Source: Nonlabens ponticola
Lineage (GTDB): Bacteria; Bacteroidota; Bacteroidia; Flavobacteriales; Flavobacteriaceae
DNA length: 32,000 bases
NCBI RefSeq assembly: GCF_003966335.1
Contig: NZ_CP034549.1
Coordinates: 2,490,001-2,522,000 of the forward strand
Direction: 5' to 3'
How positions within the stretch are numbered: position 1 is the first letter of the stretch; each line of letters starts with the position of its first letter. A program made the translations under genes and the position numbers. Under the pieces are notes generated by a model, which had not been told where the DNA came from, ran no database searches, and was given only the letters and a program-made list of their open reading frames with translations. Below are positions 18,562-27,176 of this stretch, one piece after another.

Positions 18562-19401
18562 ATGAAACAAGTACTGGCGCTGATCGCCTTACTATCAGCT
18601 CTCAATCTACAAGCACAAGATTCATTTGTAATAGACCGTGGCGAGACCAACCTGTGGCAGGACTTCACCTATGATATGGGTAATGTTTTTCAGGGCGTTG
18701 GTTTTGCATATTCACGGCCGCTGTATTGGCAAGGTGATGATTTTATCAAATTAGGTGGCGTTGCTGCCGTTACTGGTGGTTTGTTATTTGTCGATGGCGA
18801 CATCCGCGATATTGCGCGCGATACAAAAGATGATGTGCCCGAGATTTTACTCGATTACGGCTATTATGCTGGTGCCCCACAAAATAATTACGGTGCCATG
18901 GGTGCTGTTTACCTAACGGGACTGTTTACTAAAAATGAAAAACTGCGTCGCACTGGTGTGCTGCTTATAAGCTCCGCAACAGCGACTGGGTTTCTACAAC
19001 AGTTGACGAAAAGTCTTGCAGGTCGTGCGCGACCTGGCAAGGAATTGGGTCGCAATCATTTCAAGCCTTTTGGCGGCAGCGCTGGTTACAGGTCTTTCCC
19101 GTCGGGTCATGCCGTTTTGACTTTTACCAACGCCCATGTGATTGCCAAACAGTTTAAAAATCCATGGGTAAAAGCTGGTATTTATACCGTAGGCGTTATT
19201 CCAGGCTTGTCGCGCATCTATGACGACCAGCATTGGGCCAGCGACGTGTTCTTGAGTTGGGCGATGAGTTATTTTATGGTAGAGGCGATCGATTTGTACC
19301 TGGATAGAAAATATGCTGAAAAGTATAACCAGACTCCTAAAAAGACCTCATTGGACTTCTCATTCAGTATGCAGCATATAGGCGTTTCCTATACTTTTTA
19401 G
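18562..19401 (+). CDS. PAP2-superfamily phosphatase (secreted or membrane-associated)
   Basis: KSLAGRARP, PSGH and SRIYDDQHWASD match the three PAP2 motifs. The ATG at 18562 gives a signal peptide. Confidence 0.85.
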   Translation: MKQVLALIALLSALNLQAQDSFVIDRGETNLWQDFTYDMGNVFQGVGFAYSRPLYWQGDDFIKLGGVAAVTGGLLFVDGDIRDIARDTKDDVPEILLDYGYYAGAPQNNYGAMGAVYLTGLFTKNEKLRRTGVLLISSATATGFLQQLTKSLAGRARPGKELGRNHFKPFGGSAGYRSFPSGHAVLTFTNAHVIAKQFKNPWVKAGIYTVGVIPGLSRIYDDQHWASDVFLSWAMSYFMVEAIDLYLDRKYAEKYNQTPKKTSLDFSFSMQHIGVSYTF

Positions 19402-19420
19402 ATCTTCAAGCACGTTCATT

Positions 19421-19510
19421 AGGGCGTTCCCACCCAAAATTTGGGTGGTCAGGCTCTACGCTATATTCTCGCTAGAAAAAAGCGAGAGATGCCGCTGCGA
19501 TCCTTAACGC
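19421..19510. other. Structured, GC-richer intergenic element with two hairpins
   Basis: The two hairpins are CCACCCAAA/TTTGGGTGG (19430-19448) and TCTCGCT/AGCGAGA (19467-19487). There is no ORF. Confidence 0.4.
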
Positions 19511-19628
19511 ATAGAAGTTCATACATTTTAACTGGCCACCTGGATTCATTTGTCGTCACTGACACTAGCCTTATTAAGCGGTTAATAATCATATTTTGCT
19601 TTTATCTTTACTAGATAGAAACGTTATT

Positions 19629-20738
19629 ATGAGATTCTTCATTACCCTAATCCTTTCTTTCACCCTATTCAATGCAGGCGCTCAAGAAGCTGTAGCATCC
19701 GATATGATGAAAGAAGATGCCACAACTCTTAATCAGCAACAATTAGATATACTGCATAGAGGAACTAAATCATTCCCGGAAAAAACACAACTCGCTATCG
19801 CCGTCGTCAATAATGGTAAGGTTTCATTTGCAGGAATAGAAAGAGTTGGTGATACCATTAAAATGATTGATAATCACGATCACACTTTTGAAATAGGCTC
19901 ATTGACCAAGGTTTTTACTTCAACACTTCTAGCCGATCTTGTCCTCAATGACAAAATTAAATTAGATGATCCTTTAGAAAAACACATGGATTATGACCTG
20001 AGCATCAACCCAAAAACGACTTTGAAGCAACTGGCCAATCATACTTCAGGTTTGCCGCGTTTGCCTACTAATTTGAATCTGTTCCTGGTGGATCAAAGCA
20101 ATCCTTATAAAGAATACGACAGCTCTATGCTCAAGCAATATTTGACATCTGGAAATACCCAGCAAAAGCAAATAGGCACTTCTTATGAATATTCAAATCT
20201 AGGTGCAGGAACATTAGGATTTGTTCTCGCTAGTATGGAGCAAATGACCTATGAAGAATTGCTACAAGAGTGTATTTTCAACAAATACAACATGTCTAAC
20301 TCAACAACTTTAAAAGAAAAAATAAAGACAGAGTTGATTGAAGGTCGCGATGATAATGGCAATATCACCTCAAACTGGGATTTTGATGCGCTAGCCGGCG
20401 CAGGCGCGATCCTTTCAACAGTAGAAGATTTATCAAAGTTTGCCTTAGCTCAATTTGATAAAACCAATGAGTCTCTAGCTCTGACTCAAGAATCCACCTA
20501 TAATGTCAATTCAAATATGGATATAGGACTAGGCTGGCACATCATCAAAAGGATTGATCAAAATGATAAATTATGGCACAACGGCGGCACTGGTGGTTAC
20601 TCGTCAAGTATGGTTCTAGACGTTACTGATAAAAGCGGTGTAATCATCTTATCAAACTTATCTGCCTTTCATCCTAAGATGGGAAATATTGACGGATTGA
20701 GTTTTGGGTTGTTGAAAACATTGGCTGACCCCAAATAG
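19629..20738 (+). CDS. Serine hydrolase, beta-lactamase family (secreted)
   Basis: SLTK (SxxK) and YSN (YEYSNLG) motifs. The ATG at 19629 gives a signal peptide. The tracked start at 19596 is a TTG. Confidence 0.85.
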   Translation: MRFFITLILSFTLFNAGAQEAVASDMMKEDATTLNQQQLDILHRGTKSFPEKTQLAIAVVNNGKVSFAGIERVGDTIKMIDNHDHTFEIGSLTKVFTSTLLADLVLNDKIKLDDPLEKHMDYDLSINPKTTLKQLANHTSGLPRLPTNLNLFLVDQSNPYKEYDSSMLKQYLTSGNTQQKQIGTSYEYSNLGAGTLGFVLASMEQMTYEELLQECIFNKYNMSNSTTLKEKIKTELIEGRDDNGNITSNWDFDALAGAGAILSTVEDLSKFALAQFDKTNESLALTQESTYNVNSNMDIGLGWHIIKRIDQNDKLWHNGGTGGYSSSMVLDVTDKSGVIILSNLSAFHPKMGNIDGLSFGLLKTLADPK

Positions 20739-20843
20739 ATCTTCGGCCAAAGATTTATGATGAAAAATAAACTTTGAAGAAGTTTAGCAGGAATACCTAT
20801 ATTAAAACATCACTTATAGCCACCATCATATTATCTTGCCGGC

Positions 20844-21101
20844 ATGGAATTTACACTTACTGAAATCATTGGCTATCTAGCTAGCCTTTTTGTCTTATTG
20901 TCGTTTTTTAATAAAGACCTGCGCAAGCTGCGTATCGTCAACTCGGTAGGTTGCGCGCTTTTTGTGGCTTACGGGATTATGCTTCCTAGCATACCAGTTA
21001 TCATTACCAACGTGGCTATCCTGATGGTTAATGGGTATTATCTGTTTATTAAGAAAGAGGTTCCAATGGTTTCAAATACAACAACTGAAACTCAAGAATA
21101 G
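20844..21101 (+). CDS. Small 3-TM membrane protein, function unknown
   Basis: 85-aa ORF with three hydrophobic segments. The family is not securely recognised. Confidence 0.55.
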   Translation: MEFTLTEIIGYLASLFVLLSFFNKDLRKLRIVNSVGCALFVAYGIMLPSIPVIITNVAILMVNGYYLFIKKEVPMVSNTTTETQE

Positions 21102-21263
21102 TAGTTATACCAATTAAGAATTCTAAAAACTCAATAACTTAGATTCAATCAATAGATTCAACATTTGCAGCACCTACAAGGCTTTGCCGTGTAAATGTCG
21201 GGTTTAAATCCTGCGATAAATTTTATAAATAGTGACCATGCTACTTAAAATTGCTTCAACCAA

Positions 21264-22097
21264 ATGAAAGAAATTATGAAGCAACCACAACTAGGCGACT
21301 ACATTGCTAGATTAAGAAAAGAGCAAGGTCTTACCCAAGAAGAACTGGTAGAACGATGTAACATCAATGTGCGCACAATCCAGCGCATTGAAGCTGGAGA
21401 CGTAACTCCTAGAAGCTATACAATCAAGAATATTCTTGAGGCATTAGGAAGTTCATTTGAAGATATCTCTAAAAAGATAAAACGTGAAGTTCAACCTATT
21501 GTCACGGATAACATTCAGTTCAAGAGGGCTAGCAACGGCTTATTAATAGGGATTTTGGGAATTCTGTACATCCTTATTTCAATTCCTATTGCATATTATG
21601 AAATATCCGCTTCGCTACTTAATATGAAACTATTAACAACGGGTGAGTACATGATCGGGCTTATCATGTATTTAGGGCTTATTACTTCATTTTATTTGAC
21701 CTTTCTATTATCAATAAAAGAAAGATCACCTGTAATGATCGCATGTGTTATAATCTTTCTTTTCCTGGAAATATTAGGATTAATAGCGAGGTTTTCATGG
21801 TATAAGGACACATTGTATTCCTTCTCAAAGATGCAAACAGGTCTCGCTTTTATGTTTCAGATAATTTATGGATTATCACTAGTGATTCTTGCCATACCAT
21901 TTTTGATAAAAAGGAAACAGTTTCATGGCGTTTTCAAAAACCTAGGCATCATATTGATTGTCGGTGGAATCTCTCACGCAACATTTTTATTATTCCCAAT
22001 AGGAATTATAGCTACACTATTATTCGAGATACTTTTAATCGTTATGTCATTTCAACTGTACCAAAGTGGTAAAACAGATACTAACGACTTTAATTGA
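21264..22097 (+). CDS. XRE-family helix-turn-helix regulator fused to a polytopic membrane domain
   Basis: N-terminal HTH (LRKEQGLTQEELVERCNINVRTIQRIEAG) followed by about 6 TM segments. Confidence 0.75.
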   Translation: MKEIMKQPQLGDYIARLRKEQGLTQEELVERCNINVRTIQRIEAGDVTPRSYTIKNILEALGSSFEDISKKIKREVQPIVTDNIQFKRASNGLLIGILGILYILISIPIAYYEISASLLNMKLLTTGEYMIGLIMYLGLITSFYLTFLLSIKERSPVMIACVIIFLFLEILGLIARFSWYKDTLYSFSKMQTGLAFMFQIIYGLSLVILAIPFLIKRKQFHGVFKNLGIILIVGGISHATFLLFPIGIIATLLFEILLIVMSFQLYQSGKTDTNDFN

Positions 22098-22106
22098 TTT
22101 AAATAT

Positions 22107-23075
22107 TTAAACGAACCTCTTCAAATTCTCAACTTGCTTTTCAATAGCTTCCTTAAATTCGGTTTTTAGGCGGTCGATGAGTTGACCTGTTGGGATCGTA
22201 TCTTTAATGGTGGCCACGCCTTGGCCAGCACTCCAGATGGTTTTCCAGGCTTTGGCCTCGGTATCCATTTCTTTGCCAAAATCGATTTTTCCAGTCGCCT
22301 TCAATTGTTCTTCAGTCAATCCAGCAGCATTGAGACTCGCCGCTAGAAAATTTGCAGATACTCCTGATATCGCAGCGGTGTAAACCACATCAGATGATCC
22401 AGCCTCAATGATCATGTCGCGGTATTCATCAGTAGCTTTTGACTCATCAGTATTGATAAAACGTGTGCCCATGTAGGCTAGATCTGCGCCCATTTGCAGT
22501 GCGCTGGCAACGTCTTGACCAGAGCTCATCGCACCTGACAGCATAATGACACCATCATAGAATGATCTCACCTCACGTATAAATGGCATAGGGTTCAAGG
22601 TTCCAGCATGACCACCAGCACCAGCGGCTACTAGAATCAACCCGTCAACACCAGCTTCTTGAGCCTTTTCTGCATGGCGTTTTTTGATCACATCATGAAA
22701 TACAAGCCCTCCATAACTATGCACGGCATTGACCACATCTTTTACCGCACCTAGTGAGGTAATAATAAGTGGCACTTTGTGTTTCATACAAACTTTAAGA
22801 TCTGCCTCTAGTCGTGGGTTGGACCCATGAACAATCAAGTTGACACCATACGGCGCAGCTTTTTTACCAGTTTCCTGTTCCCAGGCAGCAAGCTCTTTTT
22901 CTATTTGAATAAGCCATTGTTCAAAACCTTCGGTTGATCGTTGATTAAGCGCGGGAAAAGTTCCTACTATTCCGTTCTTACAGCACTCGATGACCAACTC
23001 TGGGCCAGAGATTAAAAACATGGGTGCCGCCACAACGGGCAATGATAGTCTATCGATCAGCTCTTTGGATGTCAT
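22107..23075 (-). CDS. Nitronate monooxygenase / NAD(P)H-dependent flavin oxidoreductase (NMO family)
   Basis: PVVAAPMF, GAGGHAG and related family motifs. I prefer the ATG at 23075; the tracked start at 23093 is a TTG that overlaps a -7 box. Confidence 0.85.
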   Translation of the reverse strand: MTSKELIDRLSLPVVAAPMFLISGPELVIECCKNGIVGTFPALNQRSTEGFEQWLIQIEKELAAWEQETGKKAAPYGVNLIVHGSNPRLEADLKVCMKHKVPLIITSLGAVKDVVNAVHSYGGLVFHDVIKKRHAEKAQEAGVDGLILVAAGAGGHAGTLNPMPFIREVRSFYDGVIMLSGAMSSGQDVASALQMGADLAYMGTRFINTDESKATDEYRDMIIEAGSSDVVYTAAISGVSANFLAASLNAAGLTEEQLKATGKIDFGKEMDTEAKAWKTIWSAGQGVATIKDTIPTGQLIDRLKTEFKEAIEKQVENLKRFV

Positions 23076-23090
23076 AGGTAAGTCTTTACC

Positions 23091-23098
23091 CAAATTTA
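23091..23098 (-). promoter_or_regulatory. Candidate -7 box (TAaaTTTG on the minus strand)
   Basis: CAAATTTA on the plus strand. On the minus strand it ends 15 nt upstream of the ATG at 23075. Confidence 0.4.
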
Positions 23099-23155
23099 CA
23101 AAAGCAGGACCTTATGCAAGCATAGTAAATTATAATTTGCCAAAATCTCGTTATA

Positions 23156-23163
23156 TAATTTTG
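23156..23163 (+). promoter_or_regulatory. Candidate -7 box (TAatTTTG) upstream of the TonB-dependent receptor
   Basis: Matches TAnnTTTG 88 nt upstream of the proposed start at 23251. Confidence 0.3.
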
Positions 23164-23250
23164 CCCTCGACCGCGATAATCGCTCACAGCCGTACCTTTA
23201 CAACATTCCTGCGTCGTTTGAGTTATTGCAGGAACGATAATCAACGCGAA

Positions 23251-25614
23251 TTGAAGCATTTTATAATTACAGCGGTGTTTTGTGTTCTCGCTTTCGCGAA
23301 AGCTGATTCCCAAAAATTCACGCTATCAGGCACAGTCACTGAAAAAGGCACCGGTGAGACGCTACTCAACGTAAATGTCCTGATACCAGCAGAAAGTACA
23401 GGAACCATAACCAATGAATACGGTTTTTACAGCATCACGCTGCCCGCAGGAACTTATGAAGTGCAATACAGCAGTTTAGGATTCAAGACTATAATGCGTA
23501 CGGTGACGCTGGATGCCAACAAAAAATTATCGCTGGAACTAGAAGAGCAAGGTGAGGCGCTTGATGCCGTTATCCTGAAGGCAGATGTGGAGAAACTAAG
23601 CATCAGATCGCCACAAATGAGCGTGAATGCACTGTCGATTGAAACGATTAAAAAAACTCCTGTAGTTCTAGGTGAGGTTGACCTAATAAAAGCCTTGACG
23701 CTGCTGCCTGGTGTCACCAATGCCGGTGAAGGCGCCAGTGGTTTTAATGTGCGTGGTGGCGCGGCAGATCAAAATCTAGTGTTGCTAGACGAGGCTACTT
23801 TATACGGTAGCGATCACCTGTTCGGCTTCTTTTCAGTCTTTAATCCTGATGCGATTAAGGATTTGAAATTATATAAAGGTGGTATTCCCGCTAGATATGG
23901 TGGTCGTGTTTCCAGTGTGTTGGACATTTACCAGCGTGATGGTAATAAATCACGATTGAGCGGCACTGGTGGTATAGGAATCGTCTCCAGCAGACTGCTG
24001 CTAGAAGGCCCGATTCAAAAAGACAAATCCTCTTTTCTAATAGGTGGTCGTAGTAGTTATGCTCATTTATTTTTCCCTCTTTTTGATCTGGATAACCAAG
24101 CCTATTTCTATGATTTGAATGCCAAGGTTTCTTTTAATATCAACGACCGCAATCGTTTGTATGCCTCGGCATATTTTGGTCGTGATGTATTTGAGGTAAA
24201 CAACTTGTTCGGCAATACTTTTGGAAATTCATTTGTGAACCTGCGCTGGAATCATACGTATAATGACAAATGGTTTGGTAATGCATCCTTGATCTATAGT
24301 GATTATAATTATGGGCTTGAACTAGAATTTGTAGAGTTTGTTTTTGACAGCGGCATCAGTAATCTGAATGCGAAATATGACTTGACGCATTACCTCAACG
24401 ATAAAACCAAATTGCGCTTTGGTCTCAACTCCATCTATTATGAGTTTGATCCTGGTAAAATCACGCCAACTACCGACGATAGTTCCATCAATGAACGTCA
24501 ACTAGCATTAAAGTATGCCATGGAAAATGCTGTTTATATCGATGGTGAATTCACCCTAACTGATAATATCAATGTGAATGCAGGGTTGCGATTCACCAAT
24601 TTCCTGCGATTGGGTCAGGATAATTTATTCCGCTATGAGGATAATCAGCCACTTTTATACAATGAAGAGCAAGGTATTTATACCAGTGCAGAACCTCTAG
24701 AAACTTTTAATGAGAGCCGCAGCAACGTGCTGGAAAGTTTTTACAATATTGAACCGCGTCTAGGTATTTCTTATAGTCTGGACGACGATACCAGTATTAA
24801 GGCAAGCTACCAGCGCATCAACCAATACATCCATTTGATAAGTAATACCACTGCGCCTACACCGTTTGATCTGTATGCGCCTAGCGGTGAATTTATAAAA
24901 CCACAAGTAGGTGATCAAGTCGCGATTGGTTTTTTCAAGAATGTTGGTGATTACAGCATTGAGGTAGAATCATTTTATAAAGAAGTAGATAATCGTCTGG
25001 ACTATATTGATGGTGCAGACCTCATCGCACAGGATGCGGTGGAAACGATCTTACTTAATGGTGAGGCGAGAGCTTACGGTCTAGAATTATTATTGCGTAA
25101 AAACTATGGCAAGTTGCAAGGCTGGGTTGCCTATACCCTATCACGCAGTGAGCAGCGCACGCCAGGTCGTACGGCAGACGAGCCAGGTATCAATAATGGT
25201 GAATGGTACAACGCCGCATGGGATAAAACCCATGATTTGACTATTACCGCTAATTATGAACTGAACAAGAAGTGGAACTTTGGCACAAACTTCACGCTGC
25301 AAACGGGTCAACCGGTAACCTATCCAGTAGCTCAATATGAGTTTGACGGTAATTTTATTCCTGTTTATGAATCGCGCAACGCTAGTAGACTACCTGTTAT
25401 CCATAGATTGGATTTGAGTGCTACCTATATTCCGAAACCTGAAAAGACCAAAGGTTGGCAAGGAAGTTGGGTTTTTAGTTTATACAATGCCTACAATAGA
25501 AAAAATGCAGCGAGTGTCAGCTTTGGTGAGAATGAGGATACTGGCCGCAATGAAGCTACACGACTGGCGATTTTTGGAATTGTACCAGCGGTCACTTATA
25601 ATTTTAAATTTTGA
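23251..25614 (+). CDS. TonB-dependent receptor with an N-terminal carboxypeptidase-regulatory-like domain
   Basis: The TTG at 23251 gives the signal peptide (M)KHFIITAVFCVLAFAKA. This is followed by a CarboxypepD_reg-like segment (FTLSGTV...YEVQYSSLGF), a plug domain and a barrel ending ...VTYNFKF. Confidence 0.85.
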   Translation: MKHFIITAVFCVLAFAKADSQKFTLSGTVTEKGTGETLLNVNVLIPAESTGTITNEYGFYSITLPAGTYEVQYSSLGFKTIMRTVTLDANKKLSLELEEQGEALDAVILKADVEKLSIRSPQMSVNALSIETIKKTPVVLGEVDLIKALTLLPGVTNAGEGASGFNVRGGAADQNLVLLDEATLYGSDHLFGFFSVFNPDAIKDLKLYKGGIPARYGGRVSSVLDIYQRDGNKSRLSGTGGIGIVSSRLLLEGPIQKDKSSFLIGGRSSYAHLFFPLFDLDNQAYFYDLNAKVSFNINDRNRLYASAYFGRDVFEVNNLFGNTFGNSFVNLRWNHTYNDKWFGNASLIYSDYNYGLELEFVEFVFDSGISNLNAKYDLTHYLNDKTKLRFGLNSIYYEFDPGKITPTTDDSSINERQLALKYAMENAVYIDGEFTLTDNINVNAGLRFTNFLRLGQDNLFRYEDNQPLLYNEEQGIYTSAEPLETFNESRSNVLESFYNIEPRLGISYSLDDDTSIKASYQRINQYIHLISNTTAPTPFDLYAPSGEFIKPQVGDQVAIGFFKNVGDYSIEVESFYKEVDNRLDYIDGADLIAQDAVETILLNGEARAYGLELLLRKNYGKLQGWVAYTLSRSEQRTPGRTADEPGINNGEWYNAAWDKTHDLTITANYELNKKWNFGTNFTLQTGQPVTYPVAQYEFDGNFIPVYESRNASRLPVIHRLDLSATYIPKPEKTKGWQGSWVFSLYNAYNRKNAASVSFGENEDTGRNEATRLAIFGIVPAVTYNFKF
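23290..23303. repeat. Palindrome core GCTTTCGCGAAAGC inside the receptor signal-peptide coding region
   Basis: Read directly. It encodes LAFAKA at the predicted signal-peptidase site. Confidence 0.8.
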
Positions 25615-25616
25615 TC

Positions 25617-26414
25617 ATGAGACATTTACTAATTATTATGCTAGTGGTGGTTTGCTTTTCATGTGAGGATGTGATAGATGTTGATCTCAATACTGCTGAG
25701 CCTAGACTTGTAATAGAAGCGACCATCAATCGCGAGGCAGATGGCGAGACGGCAGGCAGCATACGGTTGACTAGAACGGCAGACTTTTTTGAAGAAATCA
25801 ACGAGCCAGTGACTGACGCACAGGTACGTATCATTGATGAGAATGGTAATACGTTCGAATATGAGCACAATGATCTAGGTTACTATTTCAATGATGAACT
25901 GGATATAGAGGATGACGTGGATTACACACTAGAAATCATAGATCAAGGACAAACGTATCGCTCTACAGAGCAACTCATTAAAACAGTACCGCTGTTCAAT
26001 CCTGAACAAGAGGAAATAGATGGCTTTGGCGAATTCACACAGATTACTGCTTTTTATGACGATCCAGAAGGTTTTGGAGATTTCTACTTGTTTCGATATC
26101 TAGATGAGTTTAATCGCGAGATCGACATACGCGATGATGAATTTAGCGACGGTAATGTGACGCCTACCAGTTTCTTTATCGAGGATTTGAATCCGCAGAT
26201 GGAGATCTTATTGACCATTGAAGGTATTGATCAGCGTGCATTCACCTTCTATGAGACGCTACTGCAACAAGGTGCAGATGCTGGTGGCGGCCCGTTTGAC
26301 ACACAGCCTGCAACTGTGCGAGGTAATGTGATCAACGAGACTGATTCCTCTAGATTCCCGCTGGGATACTTTAGAATTTCTGAAATATATCGATTGAACT
26401 ATATAGCAGACTAA
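25617..26414 (+). CDS. DUF4249-like lipoprotein, partner of the TonB-dependent receptor
   Basis: Starts 3 nt after the receptor stop. Lipoprotein signal (MRHLLIIMLVVVCFSCED). The family call rests on the typical receptor-lipoprotein pairing. Confidence 0.7.
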   Translation: MRHLLIIMLVVVCFSCEDVIDVDLNTAEPRLVIEATINREADGETAGSIRLTRTADFFEEINEPVTDAQVRIIDENGNTFEYEHNDLGYYFNDELDIEDDVDYTLEIIDQGQTYRSTEQLIKTVPLFNPEQEEIDGFGEFTQITAFYDDPEGFGDFYLFRYLDEFNREIDIRDDEFSDGNVTPTSFFIEDLNPQMEILLTIEGIDQRAFTFYETLLQQGADAGGGPFDTQPATVRGNVINETDSSRFPLGYFRISEIYRLNYIAD

Positions 26415-27040
26415 ATGATGTAACTGACGGCATCGTCCAGGTTCAATCGCACTTTCGCCATATCAGCAAACATATCATCTGACGCACGGTGGCCTATAGG
26501 CAAAAGCAATACAGATTTTAATCCTTGATCGTTAAGTTCTAACAACTCGTCAACTTTTTGAGGTATAAAACCTTCCATAGGACAGCTATCGATGCGCATA
26601 TCTGCCAGTACAGTCATGAGATTACCTAGCGCGATATAAGCTTGATTGCGCGCCCATGCGAGATTTTCATCCTCGCTCATGGCTTCAAACTTATCTTCTA
26701 ACTGCTTGCGGAATGGCGCGAGAATCTCACTAGGTGTTTGACGCGCAGCCACTACTCTATCAAAATAATTATTGATATAGGCGAGATCTACCTTAATGGT
26801 GCTTATCACAAGGACTGCCGGTGCATCTAATACTTGACGCTGACCATAGGAAATAGGCACTAATTTTTCCTGCAATATTTTATTCTGCACTATAGTTAAT
26901 CTACTAGGCTGCAGCCCATATGAGGTAGCGGTGAGATTAAAGACACTGGCTATATCCTGGAGTTGCTCTTGAGTAATATTTTTGCTGGGATCAAACTTTT
27001 TAGTCGCATAGCGCCACTCTAGGTTTTCAATACTTTTCAT
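26411..27040 (-). CDS. Nitroreductase-family NAD(P)H-dependent oxidoreductase
   Basis: The N-terminus (…WRYATKKFDPSK) is typical of the family. 209 aa, with a 4-bp convergent overlap with the upstream gene. Confidence 0.85.
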   Translation of the reverse strand: MKSIENLEWRYATKKFDPSKNITQEQLQDIASVFNLTATSYGLQPSRLTIVQNKILQEKLVPISYGQRQVLDAPAVLVISTIKVDLAYINNYFDRVVAARQTPSEILAPFRKQLEDKFEAMSEDENLAWARNQAYIALGNLMTVLADMRIDSCPMEGFIPQKVDELLELNDQGLKSVLLLPIGHRASDDMFADMAKVRLNLDDAVSYII

Positions 27041-27053
27041 GCAGGTAGTTCGT

Positions 27054-27061
27054 TATATTTG
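27054..27061 (+). promoter_or_regulatory. Candidate -7 box (TAtaTTTG), plus strand
   Basis: Matches TAnnTTTG 116 nt upstream of the ATG at 27177. Palindrome copy 5 would fall inside the leader. Confidence 0.3.
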
Positions 27062-27079
27062 CGCGAGGTTTTATAGAAG

Positions 27080-27100
27080 TTAGCTTTCGCGAAAGCGTAA
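27080..27100. repeat. Dispersed palindrome, copy 5 (TTA-GCTTTCGCGAAAGCGTAA, one base missing)
   Basis: Read directly. It lies in the divergent intergenic region, between opposed candidate -7 boxes. Confidence 0.9.
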
Positions 27101-27125
27101 TAACCACAAGCCTCAACACAATTTA

Positions 27126-27133
27126 CAAAGGTA
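27126..27133 (-). promoter_or_regulatory. Candidate -7 box (TAccTTTG), minus strand
   Basis: CAAAGGTA on the plus strand, 86 nt upstream of the minus-strand ATG at 27040. Confidence 0.3.
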
Positions 27134-27176
27134 AACTACAGGATTAAGATCGCGCCAGGAATGCTAGGCAATTCTT

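Noticed and set aside
22990-23250. The long N-terminal extension of the tracked 874-aa ORF (MTNSGPEIKN...)
   Set aside because: It overlaps the 5' end of the opposite-strand NMO gene and its promoter region, and it has no signal peptide. The in-frame TTG at 23251 gives a canonical signal peptide immediately before the CarboxypepD_reg-like domain.
23086-23720. ORFs 23086-23313 (minus) and 23454-23720 (minus)
   Set aside because: They are antisense to the receptor gene or its upstream region. The first spans promoter elements.
25141-25870. ORFs 25141-25335 (minus), 25418-25666 (plus), 25604-25870 (minus) and 25659-25868 (minus)
   Set aside because: They overlap the TonB-dependent receptor and DUF4249 CDSs out of frame or antisense.
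2347-27100. The 22-bp palindromes as ordinary rho-independent terminators
   Set aside because: They are perfect palindromes with no loop and no downstream T-tract. Several lie upstream of genes or between divergent genes.
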